Shown: positions 29,769 to 39,542, numbered from the stretch's first letter. The stretch is DNA of 64,000 nucleotides from an uncultured virus (IMG/VR IMGVR_UViG_3300025333_000001) (IMGVR_UViG_3300025333_000001); one strand, 5' to 3'. The notes: generated from the sequence alone by a model not told the origin. Translations and numbers: made by a program.

Positions 29769-31529
29769 ATGGCATCACCACCACCACCACCAGAGAACGT
29801 TGTTGCGACGGTTAATGCCAACGACAGTATTTCACTCGAATGGACGTTTGACCCAACGTGGTTCGCGTTCGATGGCACAGACGATTCACTCGGTGGTTTC
29901 AACGAGGGGATGTGGTACTCGTCGGACGGCGGCTTCCGAGTTCACCAAAAATCCGATTCATCATCTTGGCAACAACAGGCAGACTTAGCTCCCGAGTACC
30001 ACCTCGATCTAAGTCGAACTGAAGTACCACTCACCACTGATAAAACTCTCAGTGCAACTGGGGGAACATTCCTCGTAGAGTTTGAACTGGACTCACCAAA
30101 TTCGGGGATCATTGGTGGAAAATATGGAGCTAAAAGTATGATCGAAATCGGTGGTGATGGTGGTCTAAACTGTGAAACTGATGCAAGCGGGAATTCCTTT
30201 GTACCTGATGAAGATCCTAAAATCCCAACTGGTGAACGCGTCTGGCTTGCTGTACGCTTCGATAACAGGGAAGCAGACTGGTTCATCAACGGAGATTACT
30301 ATGATGTCAGCAACTATGGTTTTGATCCCATTACTGATGAAACGAGAACTGAAATTGATGCAGACTTAAATGTAGATGCACTTGGTGGAAGCGGCTATGA
30401 AAATCCCATGGATGGGAGATTCATTCGAGCTACGTGGTATGATAGAGCGTTAACTGAAGCCGAAATACTACACTGGTCTGGTGGCGGTAAACCGTCAACC
30501 CCATCTGTCAACTACGATCTCAACGAAGGTTCTGGCGATACGATCACCGACAGTGTAAGTGATGAAGTAAGCACGACGGCTGACCCAGCTTCAACTTCAT
30601 GGAACGGTCCTTTCACACCAACATTCACTGCAACAAGTCTGACTCAGAACACCAGCTACGACTTCTACGTTGAAACCTACACCGAACACGCTGCTTCATC
30701 CAGCAGCACATCCTCGGCTGAAACATTCCTCAACGAACTACGGTCGGCAGCCAGTCACTCGGCGATTAGTACTTCGTCAGCAAAGCGAGTGTTGAGCATT
30801 TCTGAGTCGGTAACTTCGAGTAGTAACTCGATGACCTCGCAGAGCCGCAGAGTTCTCAACCTGCTCGAAACCGTGTCATCGGCCCTGTCGGGTGGATCTT
30901 CGCAGTCCGACAGAGGCCCATTCACCGGAGTTCGAGCCAACGGTTCCCACAGCAACCAACTGTCGTCGGACTCGATCAGAGTCACATCGCTGTTTGAATC
31001 GGTCGGCTCTCACAGCAATGCGCTCAGAAGCAGCAGCAAGCGCGTGGTGAGCTTGCTCGAAACCGCGTCATCGGCCCTGTCAGGTGGTTCGTCGCGGTCT
31101 GACAGAGGCCCATTCACCGGAGTTCGAGCGGGGAGTTCCCACAGTCGAGGATCGTTCACCACCGTGTTCAACGACCGAACGTCACTCGAACTGCTTGATT
31201 ACCCACTTGAGTGGGACGACGGAGAAGTCGCGTGGTACACCGATTGGTTTTCTGAATCTAAGATCCTCGGTAGTGAGGACACATTAGCCATTCGTGGGAT
31301 GGTCGTGCCGAGTGCGAAAGAACCAGCCGCTACGGTCTACGTGGAATACGACGCTGATGGCAACGGCAACCCCGACGCGGTCAGTGATCCAGTTGATACT
31401 GGGCACAATGAAGCGATACACATTGTCGAGGGTATTCCCCTCGACGAAGGCGGTTGGTACCGGCTGAAAATCACCAATCACAGTGGGTACAACGAACTGT
31501 ACTCGCTGGATCTCGGGATGGTACACTAA
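29769..31529 (+). CDS. FN3/LamG-like adhesin with Ser-rich repeats
   Basis: PPENV..ISLEW and LTQNTSYDFYV (FN3); YDRALTEAEI (LamG); ~21-aa Ser-rich repeats. Confidence 0.65.
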   Translation: MASPPPPPENVVATVNANDSISLEWTFDPTWFAFDGTDDSLGGFNEGMWYSSDGGFRVHQKSDSSSWQQQADLAPEYHLDLSRTEVPLTTDKTLSATGGTFLVEFELDSPNSGIIGGKYGAKSMIEIGGDGGLNCETDASGNSFVPDEDPKIPTGERVWLAVRFDNREADWFINGDYYDVSNYGFDPITDETRTEIDADLNVDALGGSGYENPMDGRFIRATWYDRALTEAEILHWSGGGKPSTPSVNYDLNEGSGDTITDSVSDEVSTTADPASTSWNGPFTPTFTATSLTQNTSYDFYVETYTEHAASSSSTSSAETFLNELRSAASHSAISTSSAKRVLSISESVTSSSNSMTSQSRRVLNLLETVSSALSGGSSQSDRGPFTGVRANGSHSNQLSSDSIRVTSLFESVGSHSNALRSSSKRVVSLLETASSALSGGSSRSDRGPFTGVRAGSSHSRGSFTTVFNDRTSLELLDYPLEWDDGEVAWYTDWFSESKILGSEDTLAIRGMVVPSAKEPAATVYVEYDADGNGNPDAVSDPVDTGHNEAIHIVEGIPLDEGGWYRLKITNHSGYNELYSLDLGMVH

Positions 31530-32114
31530 ATGTACGGCACAACTGAAACGCAAAGCGACGACATTATTGACAACTGGGATGGCCCAGTATCACTTGAACC
31601 GGGCGATAACCTGTATAAACTACTACAGGTGGTTGGCAGTGAAAACCGCCGACTCGATCTCGAACTGGAATCACTGTACGACAACCGATTTGTTGATACG
31701 GCAACTGGCAGAGAACTCGAAAAACTCGGTAGATACGTCGGTGTCACTCGAAAAACCGACGAGAAGGACGACAAGCTCCGAATTCGAATTAATGCTGCGT
31801 TCGCCTCACAGGCATCGGACACAACGCGTGATTCATTTGCGACAGTCGCGCTGGTTGTTCTCGATGCCGACGCAGAGTCGGTTTCATTCAGTTCACCACC
31901 CGAGACAGAACCCAAAACGGTTGAACTGACGGTTGACGGCAGTATTATCGACGCAAGTCCATTGACTATAGACGAAATCCAAGTCCTACTCAACGGGGCA
32001 CTCAGCGTTGATGCACAGGCGGTAATCATTTCGGGCGGCGGCTTCGCGTTTGCAGGCGATGACGCCTCGCTCGAAGGGTTCAACGAAGGTACGTGGTCAT
32101 CCACGGTTAACTAA
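31530..32114 (+). CDS. baseplate wedge subunit (P2 I-like)
   Basis: TATGRELEKLGRYVGVTR...DDKLRIRI. Confidence 0.75.
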   Translation: MYGTTETQSDDIIDNWDGPVSLEPGDNLYKLLQVVGSENRRLDLELESLYDNRFVDTATGRELEKLGRYVGVTRKTDEKDDKLRIRINAAFASQASDTTRDSFATVALVVLDADAESVSFSSPPETEPKTVELTVDGSIIDASPLTIDEIQVLLNGALSVDAQAVIISGGGFAFAGDDASLEGFNEGTWSSTVN

Positions 32115-32116
32115 CT

Positions 32117-32818
32117 ATGGCACGAGACAACATTGACTACAGTCACGGCGACAGCGGCACCGAACCACCATCCGATCATGACTTTCAGCATAATCAGCGG
32201 CCCGACGCACAGAATTTCGACTGGTTTTGGTCAACGGTAATCAACCGGATCAACGGGATTATCTCCGAGTTCAACCGAATCGATAGCAACGACGATGGGA
32301 AGGTTGACGCGGCTGATCAGGCGGACAACGCAGATACGCTCGATGGTGAACACGCCGATGCGTTTGCCGATGCTGGTCACGATCACCCTAAGAGCTACAT
32401 CAACGGCTATCAATCGAACACTCTGAGCGATGTAGACTTTGGCACGCTCGCTAACTGTTGGGAGGCTATCGAAGTCAACAGCGGCGATTTCACGATAGTC
32501 GATAACAACACCATTGAGGTCAATGAAGCCGGGGTGTACTCGGTTGACTACACCTGTAGCTTTCATCGGCCGGATGGCAACGACCGAGCTATCATGCACG
32601 CCAGAGTTCTCATTAACGGCAACGGCAACTTCGAGCAGACTGGCACGCGTTGTTACATTCGGCGTTCAGATATGAATGGAGACAGAAACAGCGTCTCAAA
32701 CCACTCGATGCACAGTCTCAACGCTGGAGACACCATTGAAGTCCGCGTGAATCGTGGCAGTGGGGTTGATGACCACGAACTCACCGAAGCAAGCTGTGTT
32801 GTTCAAAAAATCGCATGA
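32117..32818 (+). CDS. tail fibre/receptor-binding protein with a C1q/TNF-like tip
   Basis: ADNADTLDG motif; EAGVYSVDY and LNAGDTIEV; chimera of the next two genes. Confidence 0.75.
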   Translation: MARDNIDYSHGDSGTEPPSDHDFQHNQRPDAQNFDWFWSTVINRINGIISEFNRIDSNDDGKVDAADQADNADTLDGEHADAFADAGHDHPKSYINGYQSNTLSDVDFGTLANCWEAIEVNSGDFTIVDNNTIEVNEAGVYSVDYTCSFHRPDGNDRAIMHARVLINGNGNFEQTGTRCYIRRSDMNGDRNSVSNHSMHSLNAGDTIEVRVNRGSGVDDHELTEASCVVQKIA

Positions 32819-32893
32819 ACCTCGGCGCTAACGTCGCCTTCGACTGCTCGAAGGGTTCAACGAAGGTACGCGGTCATCCACGGTTAACTAACT

Positions 32894-33439
32894 ATGGCAC
32901 GAGACAACATTAACTACAGTCACGGCGACAACGGCATCGAACCGTCATCCGCTCTTGACTTTCAGCGGAATCAACGGCCCGACGCACAGAAATTCGACTG
33001 GTTTTGGTCAACGGTAATCGACCGGATCAACGGGATTAACTCCGAGTTCAACCGACTCGATAGCAACGACGATGGGAAGGTTGACGCGGCTGATCGGGCG
33101 GACAACGCAGATACGCTCGATGGTGAACACGCCGGGGCGTTTGCCGATGCTGGTCACGATCACAACCACGATGAACTGACCAACGTCGGTTCGAGCGATC
33201 ACCACAGTCGGTACACTGACAGTGAAGCGGTTGCGGCAGTCAATGGCGAAACATCGCTAACGGTAGACATCGCAGGAGATGCAAACTCAGTTGACGGCCT
33301 CGATTCAACTGATTTTGCTCGCCTGTATGATGGCGTTCAACTTCCAACGTTTGCTACGACTGGCGACGTTCCGGCAATGAGCAAGGGTGAAGCAGTGTTC
33401 GTTGATGGTGACGGACTTTACATCGAGGATGGTACATAA
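32894..33439 (+). CDS. tail fibre protein
   Basis: N-terminal 90 aa nearly identical to 32117..32818; HHSRYTDSEA motif. Confidence 0.75.
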   Translation: MARDNINYSHGDNGIEPSSALDFQRNQRPDAQKFDWFWSTVIDRINGINSEFNRLDSNDDGKVDAADRADNADTLDGEHAGAFADAGHDHNHDELTNVGSSDHHSRYTDSEAVAAVNGETSLTVDIAGDANSVDGLDSTDFARLYDGVQLPTFATTGDVPAMSKGEAVFVDGDGLYIEDGT

Positions 33440-33441
33440 AT

Positions 33442-33975
33442 ATGGTATTGGAAAAAATTCCAACGTTCAGTGAAGTACAAACATGGGCCAACAATAATCT
33501 CGTTTCAAGTGTTAACGGCAACACTGGTGACGTTACTGTTGGTGGTAAGGGCTACATCAACGGCTATCAATCGAACACTCAGAGAGATGTAGACGGTGGC
33601 ACGGTCGCTAACTGTTGGGAGACTATAGAAGTCAACAGCGGCGATTTCACGATAGTCGATAACAACACCATTGAGGTCAATGAAGCTGGGGTGTACTCGG
33701 TTGACTACTACTGTGGCTTTCGTCAGAGGAGTGGCGATGATCGAGCTACCATGCTCGGCAGGGTTCTCATTAACGGCACAGGCAGCTTCTCCCATACTGG
33801 CTCGTTTTGTTACATTCGGGGGACACAAGACGGTGAAGACAGAAACAGCGTCTCAAACCACTCGATGCACAGTCTCAACGCCGGAGACACCATTGAAGTC
33901 CACGTGGATCATGGCAGTGGGGTTACTGGACACAACCTCACCGGAGCAAGCTGTGCTGTTCAAAAACTCGCATGA
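33442..33975 (+). CDS. tail fibre tip/adhesin, C1q/TNF-like
   Basis: VSSVNGNTGDV motif; C-terminal 140 aa paralogous to 32117..32818. Confidence 0.75.
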   Translation: MVLEKIPTFSEVQTWANNNLVSSVNGNTGDVTVGGKGYINGYQSNTQRDVDGGTVANCWETIEVNSGDFTIVDNNTIEVNEAGVYSVDYYCGFRQRSGDDRATMLGRVLINGTGSFSHTGSFCYIRGTQDGEDRNSVSNHSMHSLNAGDTIEVHVDHGSGVTGHNLTGASCAVQKLA

Positions 33976-34066
33976 ATGTCGGCACAGTAGTTAATGTTCG
34001 AGCAATCGAACTCAACGGCTCAAAAGCAGTTTCATCTGATTCCATCAAAGTCGATGTAATCTAAAA

Positions 34067-34576
34067 ATGGTCGAACAATTACTTGGTGCAGACGACGACT
34101 GGCAAGAGCCTGTCGCGAGCTATCTGTATCCGAAACTTCATCAGTATCTCGTCTGGCTCGGCGGCCTCATCGGAGTACCACTCTATGCTATTGGCGGGAC
34201 TGGTAGCTCACAGTATGTCGGCACGGTCGATATTGACGAGGAAACCCTCGAACACGAGTTCGCTGACCTTGGCCTGCTCCGCAACCCGATTACAGCGTAC
34301 AAAATCAAGGCCGATGGCCGCGAGCAGGAAGGCAGTTGGGTGCTGTGGAACGACTACGACAGCCGTGGCCTCGTAGAACCGCGCAGACAGCTTCACATCA
34401 TGATTTTCGAGCGGGCCGATGGAAAGCCCGGACGCGAAATCTACGCCCACTACGAGGACGACTGGCGGTCGGCTCCTATCGCTCACCTCCGAGAAAAGAA
34501 CTTCGACGTTGAACAGGGCGTCGAAAAAGCAACTGACCTGTTCGATGACTGGTCGTTCATCACGCTGAAAGACTAA
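34067..34576 (+). CDS. hypothetical protein
   Basis: 169-aa ORF with RQLH..F and YAHYE. Confidence 0.7.
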   Translation: MVEQLLGADDDWQEPVASYLYPKLHQYLVWLGGLIGVPLYAIGGTGSSQYVGTVDIDEETLEHEFADLGLLRNPITAYKIKADGREQEGSWVLWNDYDSRGLVEPRRQLHIMIFERADGKPGREIYAHYEDDWRSAPIAHLREKNFDVEQGVEKATDLFDDWSFITLKD

Positions 34577-34595
34577 ACGACCACGGAGATAATTC

Positions 34596-34820
34596 ATGCA
34601 AGAACTACTCAACTACGTCCCCGAAGTAATCGTTATTGGAAACATCGAGTTCGCCGTTGCCGGTGCGGCTCTCGCACTGGGGTTCCCGAAGGCAGCCCGC
34701 TGGGTTGTCGAACGGCGAACTAGCACCGATCTGAACGGTGACGGCCACGTTGGCAAGCCACCGGGTGATACATCCGAGTCGCAAGTCGAGGACGCCGCCG
34801 ACCGTACAGGTGACAAGTGA
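34596..34820 (+). CDS. small membrane protein (holin-like position)
   Basis: One hydrophobic helix; DLNGDG; at the end of the late operon. Confidence 0.55.
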   Translation: MQELLNYVPEVIVIGNIEFAVAGAALALGFPKAARWVVERRTSTDLNGDGHVGKPPGDTSESQVEDAADRTGDK

Positions 34821-34865
34821 CATCCTCGCCCGCCGTAAACGGCGGGATTCTCGCCTTGAAAAAAG
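34817..34865 (-). mobile_element. 49-bp minimal IS200/IS605 derivative (PATE-like)
   Basis: Single CCCGCCGT-hairpin joining left- and right-end sequences; ends in TCAC; follows CTAT. Confidence 0.8.
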
Positions 34866-34868
34866 ATA

Positions 34869-34973
34869 GTGGCCGGATTTGCTGATACCTGCAAGGAGTG
34901 TCGTTCGAAAAACGTTCAGCAAGTCGGCGGATGCCCGACCTGCCACGATTGCGGCTGGTCGCCCTGTAGCTAA
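34869..34973 (+). CDS. 34-aa Cys-rich Zn-ribbon peptide
   Basis: GTG start; CKEC...GGCPTCHDCGWSPC. Confidence 0.5.
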   Translation: MAGFADTCKECRSKNVQQVGGCPTCHDCGWSPCS

Positions 34974-35227
34974 CTCCGCGGCGTCCTCGAATTACGACCC
35001 GACAAGCATCCGCTCGGCTTTTTGCCGAATCTGAGACGCTTGATGTCGGGCTGATGTGTGGCGAAATTCGTCATTCTCGATCTCGTCCATCTCATCAAGC
35101 AGAAATGCCGCTTCCCGTGAGTTTAGATCCATGTTTTAACTTCGGTAGACTGCCACTTATACCTGAGTGTTAATTGTTTACCAAAATGCAAATATCCCCC
35201 CAGCGGGGTAGGACACTGATGTCCTAT

Positions 35228-35711
35228 CTTTAATCAGCGAGAGAATCCCGCCGTTCACGGCGGGCGTGAATCGCGTCCGTTCCGTGACGCAACCGCCGTC
35301 AGTGGCACGGCCGGAACCCCCACCGAAACCGTTAAGTCGTCCGCAAACGTGTGTTTCGATAGGGTTACGCCACATTCCATTGCTAACGAGCGTGGGATGT
35401 GGGCCGCACTCCACCCATGTTTGCGGCGCGCGGGAAGCCCGGTTGATGGCCTTTGGCCGACAAGGTGTGAACCGTGCCGACACAGAACCGCGAGGTTCGA
35501 CCGATTGGGTGAGAGCGGTCGGTTGAAAAGTCGACCGCGATGACACGCTTTCGGATGGGAGCGCCCGTGACAGCGCCACAAGACGCTCCCGGCTGAGGGT
35601 CGAAACCCGCCCCATCGACGCCGGGAGAGCCAGTCTTGAAACCGAACCGGACGACCGGGTTCCCCGCTGTGGAAGGGAAGCCCCGCCGTTTACGGCGGGC
35701 GAGGATGTCAC
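35228..35711 (+). mobile_element. 484-bp non-autonomous IS200/IS605 (IS1341-type) element with no ORF
   Basis: Left-end hairpin CCCGCCGTTCACGGCGGG; right end GAAGCCCCGCCGTTTACGGCGGGCGAGGATGTCAC; inserted 3' of CTAT with no target duplication. Confidence 0.85.
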
Positions 35712-35734
35712 CCTACTGGGGGGAACATTTTGCG

Positions 35735-35895
35735 TTTAGACTGCGGTGTTAAACAGTGGGTTTATACCTCTGTAGCAACTAAGCTGTGCTGTAGCGGTGC
35801 GTTGCTGTGTGGTGCTGTGTGGTGCTGTACTGTTGTGTTATTGTAGCGCCCCCCTCCTCGAATTACAACACGAGTTGTTACACCACGGGGTTGAC
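35735..35895. repeat. ~160-bp intergenic repeat, direct copy of 54811-54970
   Basis: Near-identical alignment by eye. Confidence 0.9.
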
Positions 35896-36127
35896 CCCCG
35901 AGGGGATACTGCGGGGATGTGTGCTACTGGTGTGGTCCCCGGTATGCAGTGTGCCGTAGCGGCAGGTCAATACCCAGTGCGAGTAACGTCGTTCCCACAC
36001 AGCCGCCGACGAGCAGGGCCAGCAGGGCCGCAGTCAGCATAGAAGCCATGGATATGACCGCGAGTACCAGTACGATGGAAAACGCCACAGCGGCGATCCT
36101 GTGGGTTCTGACGATTGCTGTCTCATG

Positions 36128-38800
36128 TTAGAATGCTCCGAGTTGCGACTGGGTTTGTGCTTGCCCCATCACCGCGGCTTCCATTTCCATACCGAACGCA
36201 TCGAGGATGTCGTCCATGGGGTTGACCAACACCTTTTCCTGCATATTTTTGTCCGCGAGATCGACCTTGATGCGGTCTTTGATTGGTTCGAGATCGTGTT
36301 CTTTTTCGAAGCAAATTACGTCCACGGATTCGCCGTTGACGGTTAGCTCCGGTTTGATATACACGCGTTTTGGCTGGTCGTCCTGCCCGTAGTTTACGTC
36401 GAGCAGATGATTGGCGAACCACGCACCGCGGGCGTGAGCCTGCTGTGGGTAGTCACCCGTTGACGACCAGTCGTAGTACTCGTCGCCACCCGCTTTTTCT
36501 CGGTCGATCTTTTGACCGAGGCCCTGCGGCATCCCGATTGACTCCCAGTCGGGGTTAGCGGGGTCGATGCTGTTGGCCGCGGCAAACATGATGTCGGCTA
36601 CGTCCTGTTTGCTACCTCCTTCGAGGATGGTGGTCAGCACGTCTTTTTGGGTTGTCTTCGTGATCTCCGAGAAATTGGACTTCTGACACGCGTACCCCGA
36701 GATATTGATCTTACCGTCGCCGCCGTTGACTACGGCATCGAAGTCCATCCCCTCGTTCCAGATCGATTTGTACGCGTAGAACTTCTTGCCACCCGATTGG
36801 AAGAAGGTTTCAGCCAGCATTTCCAACTCGATGAACCAGCGGTTTTCACTGGGGTCAATGTTGAACTGGTTGCACAAGTCGGGGTAGACCTCGTCGTTGA
36901 GCGTGTCGCAAATCTCGCTGGCATATTCGAGGACGCGCTCTTGATCCCAATCGTGGGGATACTCCACATAGTTTGAATCAGTGTCACCATATGTAACTTC
37001 GGCGACAGTTTCCTCGTTGATGTAAGCCGCGGTCTTCTTGATGACGACCTGCCCGGTGAGCGTGACAGCCGCGGCAATTTCTGGGTCATACAATGGGGAT
37101 TTATCCCAACCCGTAAATCCGTAGAAGCTGTTGTAGACGGTTTTGGTCGTGCCATACGCCTCATCCAACCGTTCGTACTCTTCGGTTCCGTATTCGACCT
37201 TCTTTTTCTTCCGCTTGAACTCCATTTTGAGTTCGTCGTATTCGTCCACCAACTCCCGAATGATGGAGTCTACGTCGGTACGGAAGCAAGCCCCATTCTC
37301 TGCGATGACGTGGGGGATGTCGTGTTTGAACGCGACCTTCCGATTAATCTTCGTATCCGGTGACGCGTTCAGCATGGCCTGCGTCATCGGGTAGAGACTC
37401 GCAAGGTCTTTGCCCACCACGTTGCGCTTTAACCCACGAAACGCGGGGAACACGTAGGCCCCCTCGTAGTTCACACCGTCGTTCTGGTTCTTGGCTGCCT
37501 CTCGAACGTGGGGGTTGTCCCACGCCGTGATCATCACAACGCCTTGCTCGCGGCACTTCCGGCGAACAGACATGGATATGAACTGGTTGTTTTCACGGGT
37601 TTCTTCCCAGTCTACACCGATCATGTCGCGCAGTCGCTTTTTGAACCCGAACACGTTCTCGGCCTCATCGATTTCGACGGTCAGTCTCGTGTCCTTCGTG
37701 TTGTAATCGATGAACTTCTGCGGGCTATCCTCGTACATTTCGAAGTAGCCCTGCTCCGTGTGGGGTATTTTCGCGTCGTCAAGCGAGGACGCCGCCACGT
37801 CGTCCAGCCGTTTCGAGTCGGGCTTTGTGAACTTGGTTCCAGCCCACGCGTCCATCAGGTCGTAGGTTGTCCGCCCCCGGATGCTAACCGTCCAGTCGTC
37901 GTTGTATTCCTCGCAGTTGACGTACCCCTCGCGTGACAACCGCCGAGGATTGACACTGATGGCTTTCATCCGCTCAACGAGGTGGGGGAGGTCGAATCCA
38001 TCCTCCCGGTCGTCGCCGGAGTTCCACCCCGTGATAATGTCGGGGTTACACTCATCGATCCAGTTGGCGAACTCCATGACCATCTGCCGCTCTGACCCCT
38101 TGGCGATCAGTTCATCGGGTTCATCCAGCCCGAGATCGGCTAACGACTGGGGTTCGCCCACGTTGAAGAACTCGCCGGTCGTCTTTCCGTCAGTGTCGAG
38201 AAACGTGACCAACTCGTCGTCGTATGAATCGTATGCTGCTATAGACAAGATGCGAGCCTCGCCGGGGGCTGGGAACCCCTCGCCCCGGTCGTCGGTTTCA
38301 ATATCGAAGAACACGACTCGCGGGTCAACGTCTTCGATAGTGACCGGCTCGATCTCGCTGTGGTGGCACCCGTCGGACGGAGCGCGAACCCCTGTCTTGA
38401 TCCCCTTGTCGATGCGCAGCCGGTTAGCGAAGTCCACGTCGGCACTCCACGTTCGATCCCAGTGCTGGCGCACCTGTCGGGCGACACTGGGCTTGGTGAT
38501 GACCGCCTTGGCGAGCTTCCGGGGTTCCATGCCGGGAGTGATGTGGTCGAAGCGGTCGGCCAACGGAATGAGATCGCTCTCCTCGTAGCGAACCAGATGC
38601 TCGTGTTCCTGTGGCTTCAGTAGGTCCGTCTCATCAGCCGGAACGTAGAAGTACGGCTCGTACCCCTTGATGGTGATCGTCTCGTCGTCACCGGCCCGTG
38701 TTCGCCCGTAGAATCGCACTGCGACACCATCGAGGTTGTTGGTTTTGTGTGGGTAGACGGTTTCGGTGTTCGTCACGTACATTTCGATCTCGTCTGTCAT
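36128..38800 (-). CDS. polB: family B DNA polymerase
   Basis: FDIET (ExoI), FDLP (ExoII), DLASLYP, K..YNSFYG, YGDTDS; start MTDEIE at 38800. Confidence 0.95.
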   Translation of the reverse strand: MTDEIEMYVTNTETVYPHKTNNLDGVAVRFYGRTRAGDDETITIKGYEPYFYVPADETDLLKPQEHEHLVRYEESDLIPLADRFDHITPGMEPRKLAKAVITKPSVARQVRQHWDRTWSADVDFANRLRIDKGIKTGVRAPSDGCHHSEIEPVTIEDVDPRVVFFDIETDDRGEGFPAPGEARILSIAAYDSYDDELVTFLDTDGKTTGEFFNVGEPQSLADLGLDEPDELIAKGSERQMVMEFANWIDECNPDIITGWNSGDDREDGFDLPHLVERMKAISVNPRRLSREGYVNCEEYNDDWTVSIRGRTTYDLMDAWAGTKFTKPDSKRLDDVAASSLDDAKIPHTEQGYFEMYEDSPQKFIDYNTKDTRLTVEIDEAENVFGFKKRLRDMIGVDWEETRENNQFISMSVRRKCREQGVVMITAWDNPHVREAAKNQNDGVNYEGAYVFPAFRGLKRNVVGKDLASLYPMTQAMLNASPDTKINRKVAFKHDIPHVIAENGACFRTDVDSIIRELVDEYDELKMEFKRKKKKVEYGTEEYERLDEAYGTTKTVYNSFYGFTGWDKSPLYDPEIAAAVTLTGQVVIKKTAAYINEETVAEVTYGDTDSNYVEYPHDWDQERVLEYASEICDTLNDEVYPDLCNQFNIDPSENRWFIELEMLAETFFQSGGKKFYAYKSIWNEGMDFDAVVNGGDGKINISGYACQKSNFSEITKTTQKDVLTTILEGGSKQDVADIMFAAANSIDPANPDWESIGMPQGLGQKIDREKAGGDEYYDWSSTGDYPQQAHARGAWFANHLLDVNYGQDDQPKRVYIKPELTVNGESVDVICFEKEHDLEPIKDRIKVDLADKNMQEKVLVNPMDDILDAFGMEMEAAVMGQAQTQSQLGAF

Positions 38801-39045
38801 GTTGCGTTCCTCATTTTCCGCTCCATTTGTTCGGTTTCTTCCGAGTCGGCCAATGATGGACATGGCCGGGGTGCGTACTCGGTTTCTGGCATTGGATTTC
38901 CACAGAGAGCGCACCGCGAGCCGACACCCATGCAGGTGTGGTTCAAATCGCTAAACGACAGTCGGTTAGCTCGTTCCATTGTCATTGTTCGATCACCTTC
39001 AGTTCGGATTCGACGTACTGGATGTTTTCTTCCGTCCGTTCCCAC
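38797..39045 (-). CDS. small Cys-containing protein
   Basis: HTC...CALC...PCP; coupled to the polB start. Confidence 0.45.
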   Translation of the reverse strand: MGTDGRKHPVRRIRTEGDRTMTMERANRLSFSDLNHTCMGVGSRCALCGNPMPETEYAPRPCPSLADSEETEQMERKMRNAT

Positions 39046-39164
39046 CGGTTAGTTTCCATCAGGTAGTCAGCGAGGTGGGCTTCGTTGCAGAAGATGATCC
39101 CACCGTAAACGACGATGGTGTTCATCTCTCCGGTGTTAGATTCGCAGTGTGCGCAAGTCATCAG

Positions 39165-39542
39165 TCAGTTCTCGATCTCCACCGCGGGCCGACTGTACTT
39201 GGTCATTTTATCGACCGGGAACCTGCGGCCAGTAATATCCGTTCCGTACTTGGTAGCAGTATGTGCATCCCCGAGTGCGAACTCCGCCGGTCGGGCGTAG
39301 TAGACGTGATGTTCATCGAGAATGTAGATGTGATCGTTTCCGGTCGCGTATTTCGTTGGGACCACCCAGTGGGTAACGCCCGGCCCGTCGCGGATAGCGG
39401 GCAGTTCCTCGGCTTTGAGAACCACACAGTCGTGACCCATCTTTTGGTTTCGCGCTTCGAACCCGAGGACGCGAACGTCCTCCGCCGGGTGGGAAATCGT
39501 CTTGCGAAGCTTCAACTTGGGGTTGATACCAGCGGCACTCAT
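39165..39542 (-). CDS. hypothetical protein
   Basis: 125-aa ORF with a coupled start. Confidence 0.6.
   Translation of the reverse strand: MSAAGINPKLKLRKTISHPAEDVRVLGFEARNQKMGHDCVVLKAEELPAIRDGPGVTHWVVPTKYATGNDHIYILDEHHVYYARPAEFALGDAHTATKYGTDITGRRFPVDKMTKYSRPAVEIEN

Noticed and set aside
32394..33976. Diversity-generating retroelement TR/VR pair
   Set aside because: Differences are not adenine-specific, both copies are coding, and no reverse transcriptase is present in the window.
35178..35711. 177-aa ORF as a transposase
   Set aside because: No HUH/Y1 or RuvC motifs; it reads through the element's end hairpins.
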